Shown piece after piece: positions 46,988 to 59,900 of a stretch of 64,000 bases of DNA. Position 1 is the stretch's first letter, and each line of letters begins with the position of its first letter. Below the pieces are notes generated by a model that was not told the origin of the DNA, ran no database searches, and was given only the letters and a program-made list of their open reading frames with translations. Both the position numbers and the translations under genes were made by a program. The DNA comes from Nemertoderma westbladi (lineage: Eukaryota; Animalia; Xenacoelomorpha): the NCBI GenBank assembly GCA_032718475.1, contig JAUCBJ010009097.1, positions 1 to 64,000 on the forward strand, written 5' to 3'.

Positions 46988-47414
46988 GCTGATGATGAGC
47001 ATAGCTGATTCCCATCATCTCAAACTATAAGAAGCGGTCCATTGTCCCAGCTTCAACAATCATAAATTGATTCTTCCCCTCAAATATGATTTGCCAAGAT
47101 TGAAATCAAGCGTGTAGAGAATCATGGTATCCGTGCCGGAACTACTGTATACCCGTTATGAGGAAAACCCCCATATCGAACATTTTAGCCAGATGGTGTA
47201 CTTGTTATTTTTTACTGGCAGTTTGAAAAATCCCGCTATACAGAGAAAAAATGGCATGAAACTTTGAAAACTTGGCCTGGGGTTTTCCCTGAAGTATCAT
47301 TTTTGTATTTTTTTAGACCCGGTGGTACAATTTTCTAACGAACTCCTGGACGAAATCGCATGCAATTTTCAGGGAATATTTAGAACAATGATCTGGTTAT
47401 GATGGTGAACTGGA

Positions 47415-47592
47415 ACATTGAGGGTTATACTGCCTTCACAGAATCAGGTAAGGCAGCAGCTGCAGAAAACTGTTCATGTATATCCTCGAAACAGGAAAAA
47501 GGCACAAGAATTCGGAAGTGCCGAAAGGATCTCACTAAGGTACAGAAAGAGTCTAGACTCAAGCGGACTACAGAGGCCAAGAATGCAGTTAA
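47415..47592 (+). mobile_element. Degenerate internal RTE fragment
   Basis: Collinear with 13330-13515. Confidence 0.75.
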
Positions 47593-47866
47593 GTAGGAAA
47601 ATACGAATAATAAAATTCTGCATCAAAATCCTTAAAATTCCGGAGAAAAACATATTAAAATAAATACAGAAAAAAATATTAATAAGTGCTTTTAGGATTC
47701 GTACTAGGGACATTTGGGTGCAACAGTGGTGGAGTTCAGCACTGGTAGTAATGTATTCAACAGTGGAAAAGCTTAGAGCTTTGTAATAATGAAATTAGGG
47801 GTACTAATGTGCAATATGCAATTAATCTGTGCATATTCATTGTTTCGGCACTTAAGAAAAGGGAAC

Positions 47867-48140
47867 TACGGTGGCCGATAGCCGCCAATTATTTCCATTT
47901 TTTAATTATTTTTCACCCGGGTGAAAACATTTATCACCCGGGTGAAAAATATTTAAATGTTTAACTATTGACTTTCAAGAGTGAATCTGGATCAAAATGA
48001 TCTTTCGATATTATTTATAAGTAAACTAACCACATTTGTTCAGAGTTCTGAGACATGGTTTTCACCCGGGTGATAAATGTTTTTCACCCGGGTTAAAAAC
48101 ATTAAAAAATGGAAATAATTGGCCGCAATCAGCCACCGTA
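47867..48140. mobile_element. MITE with long TIRs and 6-bp TSD (IS3EU-type termini)
   Basis: tacggtggc…gccaccgta, about 85-bp imperfect TIRs containing ttcacccgggtgaa palindromes; TSD gggaac (47861-47866, 48141-48146). Confidence 0.8.
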
Positions 48141-51100
48141 GGGAACAGCTGTTAACTAATTAACTGCTATTATCTGAGCTTCTCGAAGGCCACACGGAAA
48201 TCAACTTGGAAAATGTCTAAACATTTGCCAAACAACATGTGTACCAAGTTTGGATAGATTTCATCGATTTTTGGCTGAGTTATTAACGTTTAAAATTGAA
48301 CACAACAGAACAACAGAACAACAGACACACCGATTGAGTTAGTGGTACAGTACCTGTATGCTAAGCTCGCTTACTTTCGTCACTCGCCCCACAATCTATA
48401 CTACACATTAAAATCAAACAATTTATTAATTTTACAATAAAATGTAACAATTAATTCTGACAGTATCAATAGAGCTGCGTAGGAGAACCACCAGATTTGC
48501 ACAAACTGTTGTAGGCCTGAGCATACTCGTTCTTTTACGTCCTCAATGACCTTTTTACCCTTACACAGCATGGCTTGGAGGTACCAAACCCAACACATGC
48601 TGATAGATGTAAGTTTAAGGGTATCCCTTGAGATTCCAAATTTCTGAGTTACTGATAAATACTGTATATCTGACTGACATCTGCATGTATCATTATCATG
48701 TACCTGTTTAACCAATCGATTAATATGAAGTTGTAATCAATTATCAGGAAAACCTACGTATACTACAACGCATTACGCACGATAATAATAAGGGATATTA
48801 CATTTATGAAGTTAACGTGTTAGTATTTCGAACGGGGGGGGGGGGGGGTGTTCTTTCGACGCAATTGAAATTCCTCCCTCTGAGGGAATATCGCGCATAT
48901 AATAGCTGGTTACTCCAACAAATTATATAATGACCTACTATAGTATGTCATGCCATAGTTTCAAACATTACATTAACATTTGATGATTTCGAAACAAATC
49001 ACTGTTTGGCTGTCAGACTGTCGGTTATAGTTTGACAGACAGACAGGCATACATAAATAACCGACAAGGCCAAATTTGATTAAAGACATCAGAAATGAAG
49101 TCACCGATCACGAAAACCCTTACAGGTAATTTTTTAGAAAGATAGTATGCTTTTTATTGACGGATAGACATACTGACGGACAAACCGACAGTAAAACGGC
49201 CAGACAGCCATATCTCGAGAAGTAAGACAGATCTTGCTAAACGGTTTTCAAATTTGGAATCTTGATAAAAATCTGTTCTAGATGAAATAAAAAAAAATCT
49301 TTGCAAAAAATTATTGAAGTAGCGCTACCCCCCCTTAATAGACCACATGTTTGAGCGTGAAGGTGCAAAGTTTAAAGCAAATTATCTCAGAATTATATTT
49401 TTAATTATTTTAAAATACTGCACCTCCGCCATTTTTCACTTAAATTCGATAATCTACGGCACGGTTGAAAGGTTTTATAAAGATCTTGAAAAACTCTCCA
49501 GCATATTTTTGTTCAAATAATATTTTAATAATTTAATTACAGTAATTTTATTAATTAAAATTTAATGACTATTTCATTTAATTAAAAATTGATAATTTAA
49601 AACATCTGCTCTTTAGATTTTGTAGATTAGAAGGTGCTGGGTCCAAAAATGTTGGTTTCAAAAAATTTGCATAAATATTAAGAAACTTTGTAGTGAACTG
49701 AAACTGAAACTTTCAAAGTTGTAGTGTTTTTAGTGAAATATTTAATTCCGCCGCTCGCTGTTAGATGGAGACAAAAAATATAAAATTTCCATTTTTGTTG
49801 CTTTTTGGCCTCCCACACGTTCGCTGAACACAATATAACAGTGGGGCTGTTGACCTACAACACGGTTTTAAAGCTGTTTTAAAAAACTCTCCAGAGGGGG
49901 TACTATGCTAGTGTGCTGTAAATGCTACTACTGGATGAATAGCTACAAAAATAGAGCAACCAAAGCAACACAAAGTAAATATACCTTACAATAGGTTGAT
50001 ATAAATGGAAGGTTGCCCTCTCAGCATGCATCATAAATCAATTAACATTAGGCTGAAAAGTAATAATAATAACATCGACAGCAGGATACTTTTTGATAAT
50101 AAGCTGTTTTAGTAAAATATATTGTTCACACAGAGGCAGCTGGCTTAGAAGTTCATATACAAAATAAACTTTAATGCAAAAACACAACTGCAAACAAATC
50201 GACAGTATTATTGTATGTTTGCGTCATTCCCTCTTTATCTTTTAATGTTTTCTTCCATACCGCATACATTATTGTATAATATGTTTACAAACTAAGTTCA
50301 GTGTAAGTTGTTATTCAAAAGTCCACTTACTCATAGTAATATATAATATATAATAATACGTAATACGTAATAATACCATAATTACCTGAAGAAGTCCTGT
50401 TGGGAGAAAGCTTGTAATAACTTTTGTCATTAATTTAATCAGTCACCTGAGGTCAACCCGTACAACCTTAACTGTTTAATATGATAACTACGGTGACGAG
50501 AGCGCGAGAATTCGTCATCAAAATAATTAAGGACGTAATTATTAGTAAATATGCAGCTAAGCAACTAGGGCGTGTTTGGTTATGTTACTCGTAAGATATA
50601 ATTCATGGTAACGCAACTATCATTTTTGGTGCTTGTCTGGCGGGTCGGAAAAAAGTAGCATAAAATTTCAAACGGCAAAAATCGAATTTTGTTGGATTTT
50701 TAGTGTCATATTCGTGAAACCCAGAAAACCCATAATGTCATAAGATGAGGCTGACTTGGTCCTGATTTTAGATTATCAAATTTGTGCTACTTGTATTTTT
50801 CGTGCCGCACCTTGACACGTATCCAAAAATGCCGTAATAAACAAGATGCGTTATTTTTCAGTGTTACATTTGGGATCAGCATTCAGCATACCAAAAACCC
50901 ATATGGTCATCATAAAATCAATTTGATTCTGTGATGATTTTTCATTATCATATTTTCACTATTAATTTTTCGTGCCGCAAGGGGCGCATTCAAAATTACC
51001 AAAAATGTTCTCGAAGATTGTATTTGATTTCTATAATCGTGATCAGCACAAAAAAAAGGTTTATACCGCAAATAAATACGTTTTAGTGAACTATAAAAAC

Positions 51101-51349
51101 TTGTGAAAATTTTAGCATGAAAAAAGCTGGAGATGGGTGCCAGAAAGGGACCACACTAAATGGCATTTACTCTGCTGGATAGCCCATTAAATTTTAGAAA
51201 AAGTCGCGAAATCTCTGTTTTCCAAACAAATCTGACTTAAAGATACAGATGAATTGCAAAACAATTTCTAAAATGACCACCCCCCCCCCCCCCACCGCCA
51301 AATAGGGTTTATAATGTTATGCAAGCTTTTCAAAAAAAATTTGCGCGGG

Positions 51350-52440
51350 CTACAACGCCACTATCTATGACTTTCGCGAGATCATCCGCATCATCAAGGC
51401 CATTGTCCGTTAAGGGGATGCTCACGAAAATGTGGCTGCTGGTTCTCCCGGCTAAAATCAATGTTCTGCCTAGCAGAGGCGGCTCCATTCAATATTGGGT
51501 TGGGTGTCTAATGAGTTTGAATTGAACTTATTGAATGTATTGAACTTGACACAATAAATCTGGCGTAGCTTTCTTTTATGAGTCCTATGCGATGATTTGG
51601 TTTCCTCTGTTAGAGCCCATCATTGTCACCCATATGGGTGTTCTGGTTTACTGCTGCTTCAAATAATCAATCCTTAACCAAAATGACTTCCAAATACCAC
51701 GCTTACGTATCCTGACCTCCTGATCCACGATCCCAAGAAGCAGAAGTAATCCTCATGCTCAGGTCAAACAGTCACCATCCTTGGAACTTATCCTTATATG
51801 ATCAGGCATTTCCTGACGGCTGTCGAAGTTAAATGTTACATTTTTGATCTTTCCGTAGTTAACCAAAAGACCAACACAAAAGGAACCCGATCCAATGAGC
51901 CGAGGAGCCGTTGGGCTCCCACCATTATTGACTCCTAGATCATCAGCACAATCAATAAAGTTCTTGGCTGGATTTCCTGGTACTTTCAAGGTTTCTAACT
52001 AGGCCTACTGTACCTACCTAGAATATAATCGACCACAATTATCAATAAGAATGTTGCGGAGGAATCCCCATAATATATGAAATGGATCTGTGACACCAGC
52101 AGAAGTTACAAATTTTCCCACGAAAACCATAAGATGCAACAATGCGTGATAGAAGGCCTTGGAGAACAAAGATAATATCCAGATGTCTCTGCCTTTCTTT
52201 GTTGACACCATGGCTGGCTCTTGTTGGCTCCTTGTTTGTTGGCTCCATGGTCACATTACCTTTATGGAACCCTTTCTGGTTGCCTCGTAGCAATCTAATA
52301 ATGGGATCCCTAATGATATTCAATAGAATCCTATTGTATAGCTTTGCAGCAAACGAGATCAAGGAGATTCCACAAAAAGATCCATAGAGAGTAAGGTTGC
52401 CCTTCTTGGGAATTGGCTCCAACATATTCATTATTACTTT
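51350..52440 (-). pseudogene. Old degenerate RTE RT fragment
   Basis: PIPKKGNLTLYGSFCGISLISFAAKLYNRILLN and DCADDLGV match the RTE ORF at 13166..15367. Confidence 0.85.
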
Positions 52441-52612
52441 TGGAAGGTCTTATTTCTCTCTTTTGTCTGTAAATTTATTTCTACAAGGAGGGGAAGAATG
52501 AGCCCCATACGTCCGGGTATTCCTGTATGACTTAAATATTGTAAATGTCACCAATAATGGGCATATCTGTGAATATTAACTCAGATAGGATTTATCACAA
52601 TGTTATCAATAC

Positions 52613-53840
52613 GGTACATACTAAAATATAAAACGACCTGAAACGATCTGAGACGAGCTGAAACTACCTGAAACGGGCTGAAATGAAACGACCACGAAAC
52701 GAGCTGAATCGACCTGAAACGACCACATAAAAACAACCTAGACTGTGCTAAACCATGGTAAACTTTGTTCACGACCATGCAACGACCTGAAACGAGCTGA
52801 AACTACCACGGAAAATGGCCTTTACTGTGCTAAACCCTCATGATAAGCTTATATTACAACCTGAAACGACCATGAAATATCCTGAAACAGCATAATTGTC
52901 TAGTATGCTCCTAGCCCTAGGCAGGCAGTACCGGTGCAGTACTCATACCGTCACGGCAGCACTGTCATTCTGCTGTACTGGTGTTTGGTGTTTTGTAGGT
53001 CCACTTCCCACTGCTGTACGGCTTCCTTCCTACACAAGCGGGTTCATGGAGTACAGAGATTTAATTGCAGAATGGACTTACAGGATTCCTATACTGTTAG
53101 TATAAGAGTCACTAAAACTAACTCGGCAACTCCAAACCATAGACAAAAAATGTCTCAAACCCTAATCCCAAAGCGAAAGTAAACTAAACTTCAGGGAAAC
53201 CTCAGGAACTTTCTATAAAAAAATATAATAAATTAATTTTGTTGTGGATAATATTAAATAAATGAATTGTTGTGGGGGGGGGGGGGGGGGGGGGGGTGAC
53301 TGCGAATTAAATATATAATAATGTATTAGAACAGCAGTGATAATGATCTCCATAGAGAAAAATTTCCCAATAGGGTAGGTTGAAATAACTATGCGTAGGT
53401 GCTACCCATAAACATGCAGTAAGACTGGCCCTACCGGTAAGTGACAGTAGTGGTAGTGGACGTTACAAACTACGCGTAGCTACGCGTAGGTCGAAAATAT
53501 TTACCCCATCACATCGTCGACTGGCTGTCCTACCTGTCAGGCTGTGCGTGGCATATGAAGATATCAAGTATCTAAGTTCATGGTTTTAGCACAGTTTATG
53601 TCGTTTTTTTATGGTCGTTTCAGCTCGTTTTAGGTCGTTTCTTGGTCGCTTCAGGTATCGTGATATAAGTTTACCATGATCGTTTCTAGCACATTCTAGT
53701 TTGTTTTTGTGGTAGTTTCATGTCGTTTCCTGGTCGTTTAGCCCATTTCGTTTAGCCCATTTCGTTTAGCCCTTTTCGGGTCGTTTCAGGTCGATTCAGG
53801 TCGTTTAAAGGTCGTTTTCTATTTTAGTATGTCCAGTATC
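52613..53840. mobile_element. Foldback/Mutator-like element with ~270-bp TIRs built of (AAACGACCTG)n subrepeats
   Basis: acatactaaaata…aaacgacctg array on the left and its reverse complement on the right; candidate 9-bp TSD tatcaatac (52604-52612, 53841-53849). Confidence 0.7.
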
Positions 53841-54417
53841 TATCAATACCCTGTCATTGTTATGGAGTTTCTCTTCCGAGGATTTAGGTTTATTCATTGC
53901 CATGCCGTGGCTGTCGGCATTCCCGCATTGGCTGTGTTGATATGAATAATTATTTAGTTATTTACACTTATTTGTATATTTATACTGTAAATAAATTATT
54001 GTTGAGTTTAATTTTTTAGAACTTTTAGGACAGATTATATGTAATTTTCCCCATGTCTTAATCTTCTATTACATTGACAAATTGACCAATTTAATTAAAT
54101 TTTACAAGTTGAATAATCTGCCTCACTATTTTGATTTGACAATTATGTTTAACTATTTTAATTTATTAACACTCTGCACATTATGTTTGCACGTTATCTT
54201 ATTAATATTTCTATAATTAAATAGCTAATATGTTATTTGCTAATATAGGTTGGTCGGGCCGCTTAACCGTGCCACTACTACTACTACTATGTATATTAGG
54301 TATTATTATACATAATATTCGGTCTAAGTCCTGCATTATATAATGATAATGATTGTCTTTAATATAATAATAATAATAATAATAATGAATGGGAGAATCT
54401 GTTATGCTCGTTAGGCC

Positions 54418-54539
54418 AAGGAATGCCTGTTCACCACCATGGGTGATCTTCCACAGTAAAACCTTCCACTCTGTTTAGTAAAGGAATGCCTGTTCACAAC
54501 CATGGCTGATCTTCCACAGTAAACCCTTCTACTCTGTTT
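54418..54539. repeat. ~62-bp tandem duplication
   Basis: aaggaatgcctgttcacNaccatggNtgatcttccacagtaaa…actctgttt occurs twice. Confidence 0.85.
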
Positions 54540-54689
54540 CCAAATTTGCCTTGGTTCTCATTTATCGACCAGACAAGTATGAAAGCCAGGGTTAAGTAAG
54601 CTGCAGTATAAAGAAAAGTTGTAATAATAATGGTGGTTACGTGATGAGGACCTCTCGGCACTTACAGATTCTGTGACCTGTCCAGTGTA

Positions 54690-54930
54690 CACGTCCAGGG
54701 TGCATTTCTTCATTATCGAGTGTGCGTATAGATAAACTCTTTCTGTAGCGGCTGCATTTGTGGAAGCAGTATAGCGTTCACAGTGATCTGTTGCCTCAGA
54801 TGCAAGAGCCTTATTAACCTGTTGCTCAGCTGCAATGTCAAGCTGGATCTCACACTGGGTTGTTGCATCAGAGCGGATCAATCATATCATGACAAGGAAG
54901 AATTCTTAGTCCTGTTAGCACGGAGACTAA
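54690..54930 (-). mobile_element. Degenerate RTE fragment interrupted by a TIR element
   Basis: ALASEATDHCERYTA matches the RTE ORF; the sequence resumes as aagtct at 56397. Confidence 0.7.
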
Positions 54931-56396
54931 CCCTGTTGAAAATTCATAGTACATTTCCTAAGATTTGCAAGTTCCTTGCTATCAGTTTATTACACTTGTC
55001 AAAATATGTTTAGTAACAAAAATTTGGTAAACTTAATAGAGCATGTAAGTTATTTCTTTAGTTTTAATAAATATTGCAAGTGTTACTTTGCTCACTTATA
55101 TTTTGCAGGTACTTGCCATGTCCCTGCAAAGTATTGCATATATGCAGATATAGGCTTACTGCAGTACTGTTAGTTGTTGGGCGAGCTTGTACTTGCCTGA
55201 GTATAGGCATAACAATGTCACCACTGTATTACATACAACAGTTCAGTAGTTTCAGTGGGGCCTGCCAGTTGTCAGGTCTGAATGCAGCTATCCCAGGTAG
55301 CACATGACATCCACGAAAGAAATTAAACGTTCATATTGGTACTTTTTTCCTGCGATTCTGAACATCTATGAAATATTGTTTAATATAGGTAAAAAATGCT
55401 GACGTTGTTAGTAATATATCAAATTGGGACATTGACATTAGGTAATTTAACGTCCTAATGGATCGAAATTGAATATGAACCAAAACAAACTAATATTTAG
55501 CATTCCTATTACATTATTCAGTTTTGCGTTCTTTTTTGGTGATTTAATGAGTGATTCCTCTGATTACCAAAGCTGCTATGTTAGAAAGCAATAAGAAAAG
55601 AAAATAATGAAGAAAGAAAGCCGAAAAATGTTGTTTTGTTTATACCAAATACTATTAAATTTTGTTGAGATAAAGCATATATATGGGCGTTGGAATGTTC
55701 AAGCTATTAATATCGCAAGATAAATATTTTTAATCGCAAACCATTATTTTTTAATTGTGCAGTTTTCTTATGCTTCAATTGCTTTTGTGTATTATTTACA
55801 TTTTTGAATAAATATAAAATGACAAATGACCTATTACAAGGTCTTAAAGTTAATACATTGTCGTAGATTTATCAATATGAATATTCTATTTTGTCTGAAA
55901 ATAAGATAAATTATATTAATCTAACTAATCGAATACGAATATATGGGTCATCACCAAAATATATCAAGGATACTCTCATATCACTATGGATTAAATATTT
56001 TCATATATACTCTGCTGTTTCTTGTTCTAAATGTATAGGGTATTGTAGGTGTAGGCCTGTAGATTGTAGGGTGTAGGGATTGGATAAGGTACCCCCCCCC
56101 CCCCCCCCCACCCCCCTCCCATCTACACAGAACATGCACACACCTGCACAGTGCAGTGATTGGTCAGTCTCACGTTTGAGTTTTATATTATAATTTGCAT
56201 TGATAAATTTATAATTACTTTCTATTTACATGACATACTGTTTAAAATTACCAAGTGCCTAATTAAAACTTTACATTCATAGAAAGATTTGGCTTATTAA
56301 GTGATATACTTTACATATCTTGGCAAGTACTTGTTAAGAAGATAGCAAGTAGACTTTACAAGTACTTAGTATGTGTAACAGGGATTTTCAACAGGG
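54931..56396. mobile_element. Non-autonomous TIR DNA transposon (EnSpm/CACTA-like CCC ends, 2-bp TSD)
   Basis: ccctgttgaaaat…attttcaacaggg; TSD AA inferred from the interrupted RTE sequence gactaa|aagtct. Confidence 0.75.
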
Positions 56397-56937
56397 AAGT
56401 CTTCTAATTTTTTCGTCGACAGGAGCCTGAGTTGCTTTTAATTGGACTTTGTAAAAGCCTTTGCTGAATTGCCCCGTTATTTTTATTATCTTTTACATTA
56501 AAATACTCTGTAGTTGATTTAATAAGTGTAAGAGACCGTATTATTGCTGTATCGGTGTTTTTAGAGGATCTAAGACCTATTTCCTCCGTATGTGTACTGT
56601 GAAAGGCATATTTTATGATTCTATGGCAATTCGTGACGCAAAGGGGTGATAGCTACTCTTGAACAGTAGTTACTATGACTACGGTTAACAGCTGACATTC
56701 ATACGTGTTGATTTCCTTTGTTCTACGGCGTCTCTCAGTTCAGTCAGCCAATTAGAGCGTTTTGTGGCTCCTTGTACAGAAAATTTCCGAGAAATGACGC
56801 AATGCCTATGTGCAGTGTTTACATTCAGTCCTGAGCCACAGAAAGAACGGCTTGGAAGTATTTTGTGCTTTACTGTTTTTAGTCTTACACTAGTAGGTTT
56901 AATTATAAAGGGCATATATCCTTTAACTTGAATATCT

Positions 56938-59900
56938 CTGCGGCGTTCACGCAGTTTCCCGAGGCCAGCAAGAGTCCTTTTCTCTTTGGGGCGAGCCACT
57001 TTACTAGAAAGGCTATAACTCCTGGGTAAAGGATGCAATACAATTGCATTAGAAGGTTTGGGTTTATGGTCGGTGTCTCGTCCATTTCGATATGCTTCTC
57101 CTCGAGCTGATTTTCCTCCGCTTGTCATGGGATACGTTCGTTTCGTCCAAAACTCTCGCAGAGAATAGGGTTTTCTAAGCTTGATATCTTCTTAGAGATT
57201 CGAGATTTCCCAATCGAACTGAGATAAGGCCAATTCGTTTATCGATTGGACTTACTGTTATAACTTACGTTTATCTGAACAAACGCAGGTTTCTTTTTTG
57301 ATCTTTATAGAATAGCGTTTAACTCGTTTCGTACAACGCTCTCCTTCACCTTGATGAAGGGTTGTATCGCGTTAAACGGGGACGACCATACGGTTGGATA
57401 GTGATATTAGGTGTCCGCGTCACAATCCGGCTAGGTAAGATGGGCGGCTAGCTAGAAATCACTGTCGGAGTGTTACCGATTAATTGTTAGGGTAGCACTA
57501 GATCTTTGAACAGTGAATACAGTCCGCGAGGATCCGCGACACCACCAGGATCGCAGGTCTGAGGTCCAACTAAGGAATGAGGAGGTTTGACCGAGTATTC
57601 CGGGACTCTGATCGTAGGTTTACTCCAGGATCGTTCGAGCCGAGTGAGCATAGGTGATACGTCAAACAAGTTTCGCTCGAAACTCCAGTAAATATAACGA
57701 GCACAACTGTGTTTAACACAACGTTTCCGTGGATGTTTATGTCTTTCCGTTTATTGGCTGGGTCTAGGGCATTTATCGTAATAATACCAAAGACGCACGT
57801 CTTGAAGGGGAAACGCGGGTGATCGCTCTCCAGTTTTACAATATTCCTCCATCTGTTCGAAGCTATCTGGAACGACAGGTAGCGGTCGATCGGCGGTAAG
57901 ATACATCATCGTAAAATAGAGCCGTTTGAGTTCCATCATAGGGTCTGGATGTATACCTTGAGGATATCGAGTTTCGAGGTTTTGTTGACTGGCAATATTG
58001 AGATAGGTCTCTCTTAGGAATTCTAGATAGTCGTTGAAGTCGCGACGTTTATCAGGTTCTTCAACGTCTTCCCTCTCGAGTCTGTTTCGAATAGAGTTCT
58101 CGTGTTCTATTCTCGATTTATCGTTTCGACTCCGCTGGGTATGATATTTAAATAAAACCATTTCCCTTTCGGTGTCTATATCGTCGGTGTCGTGTAAATC
58201 AATAGGATGACCAGTAGTCAAGAAGTCCATATACGTACCATTACGATGCGTATAGCGAGCGGTGAATTTTCCATAGTCCAATTCACGCGTAAGTTACTTC
58301 CAGGAAATCGTAGGTTCGATATAACGACCATCATCCTCCGTAGTAGTTGGACTAGTATCACCGCGTATCAAGCTATCAACAAACGCTTGAAAGTAGAGTA
58401 TATCGCTCCCTGATACCAAGACCATCTTCTATCAACTCCGTCATATCTGCTATATATGAGTTTATTAATATTATAATGAGTTTATATTTAGGCTAGCGAG
58501 CGTCGCTGCCTACCCCAATCAGCCCCCGGACAGTGCGAGATCCTCAGCGCCGATGTGTCGTCGCCGCTGTACTTTCGCCAACGACGTAGCCGCACAACGA
58601 CAACGACAACCGGCACAAGTCACTCGACTGTCCGTCCCAAAGGCTTAGATACACCTCAGGTTCTTACTGGAGAGTTAGGGTTACTTTCACAATTGCGACT
58701 CGCTACTGTAAACACACCTTAGTAGTAACATTCGCCTATAAACTCACAAATACCACACACACAACTTGTCACAAATTACACACACTCGGGTCACTTGTCC
58801 GTTAGTCAGTGCCTTCCAGAATGTCACGTTATTATCATGTATCCTTGGATACTAGCAGTGCGCTATTTATTCCCTATGCTATTCAATGGGACAAGCTTTC
58901 TATTGTTCTTTTAACTCAATTCTAATTCTAGCGTGGTTGTTGCTATGGTGACATTATGCAAAGCTAGCGGTAGAATTAGGGTAATTCCAATGCATACAGA
59001 TCTGGGATGTTATTTAATAGTAATTCTTTAATGGTCAATGTCCTGTTTTATACATGGCTTTATGAATTTTATCGGCTATTGACTATGTTTGGGAGACTTT
59101 CGCACACTCATACGCATAAGAAGATAAATCTCCGCTCCCTTGATCTATTAATTAATGGAATTTTGGGAATGTTATAAATTGCGTAAAAATGGCAATTTAT
59201 TAAATTCATTAAAAGGCATGAATTTAAATTTATTCCCTGAAATTTTATTATTTGATAATTAAATTGACATGTTTTGATTCTAGAACATGTCTGGGGACAC
59301 AAGATCCTTAATTCTATGAAAATTGTCTTTTTAAGAATATCGGTAAATGCTACGATGTCTTAATTGACTAGAATTGTTAAAGGATCTGAATTTTACAGAT
59401 TTTGATTTATTAGATTTGCAAATATTAAATAATTAATATTTGAGATGGGCACCGATTTATTCCAGAACTTGTCTGGGGACGTTAACCACTGATTCTAGAA
59501 TTTTGTCTTTCAAGTATATCGGTGGGTGCCGCGATATCTTAATCGACTAGAATTACAGATGGTCAAAGGGTTTAACAGATTTATTTTGCGTTTCACGCTA
59601 CTGTTAGAGGGACATCACGCTACTATATGTATTATTTAATATACGGTATGAGAGCAATATCGCACGAAGCAATGTCAGTGTGAAGAGGCAAGTCGTTTCC
59701 AAGGTCTACCCAGAGCTTGGTTTAGCCGAGACACGAGGATCTGAACTTTGCATTCCTAATACTCTGCCTACCAATAATACTTGAATATAGTAGTGGCTTT
59801 ATTGTACTTTAATAAGTACGGACATTTCATCTTACTGTAGTTACGTATTTATAATATAACACGGACAGTAAGGAAAGAGAAAAATACTTGTTTCTCACCG

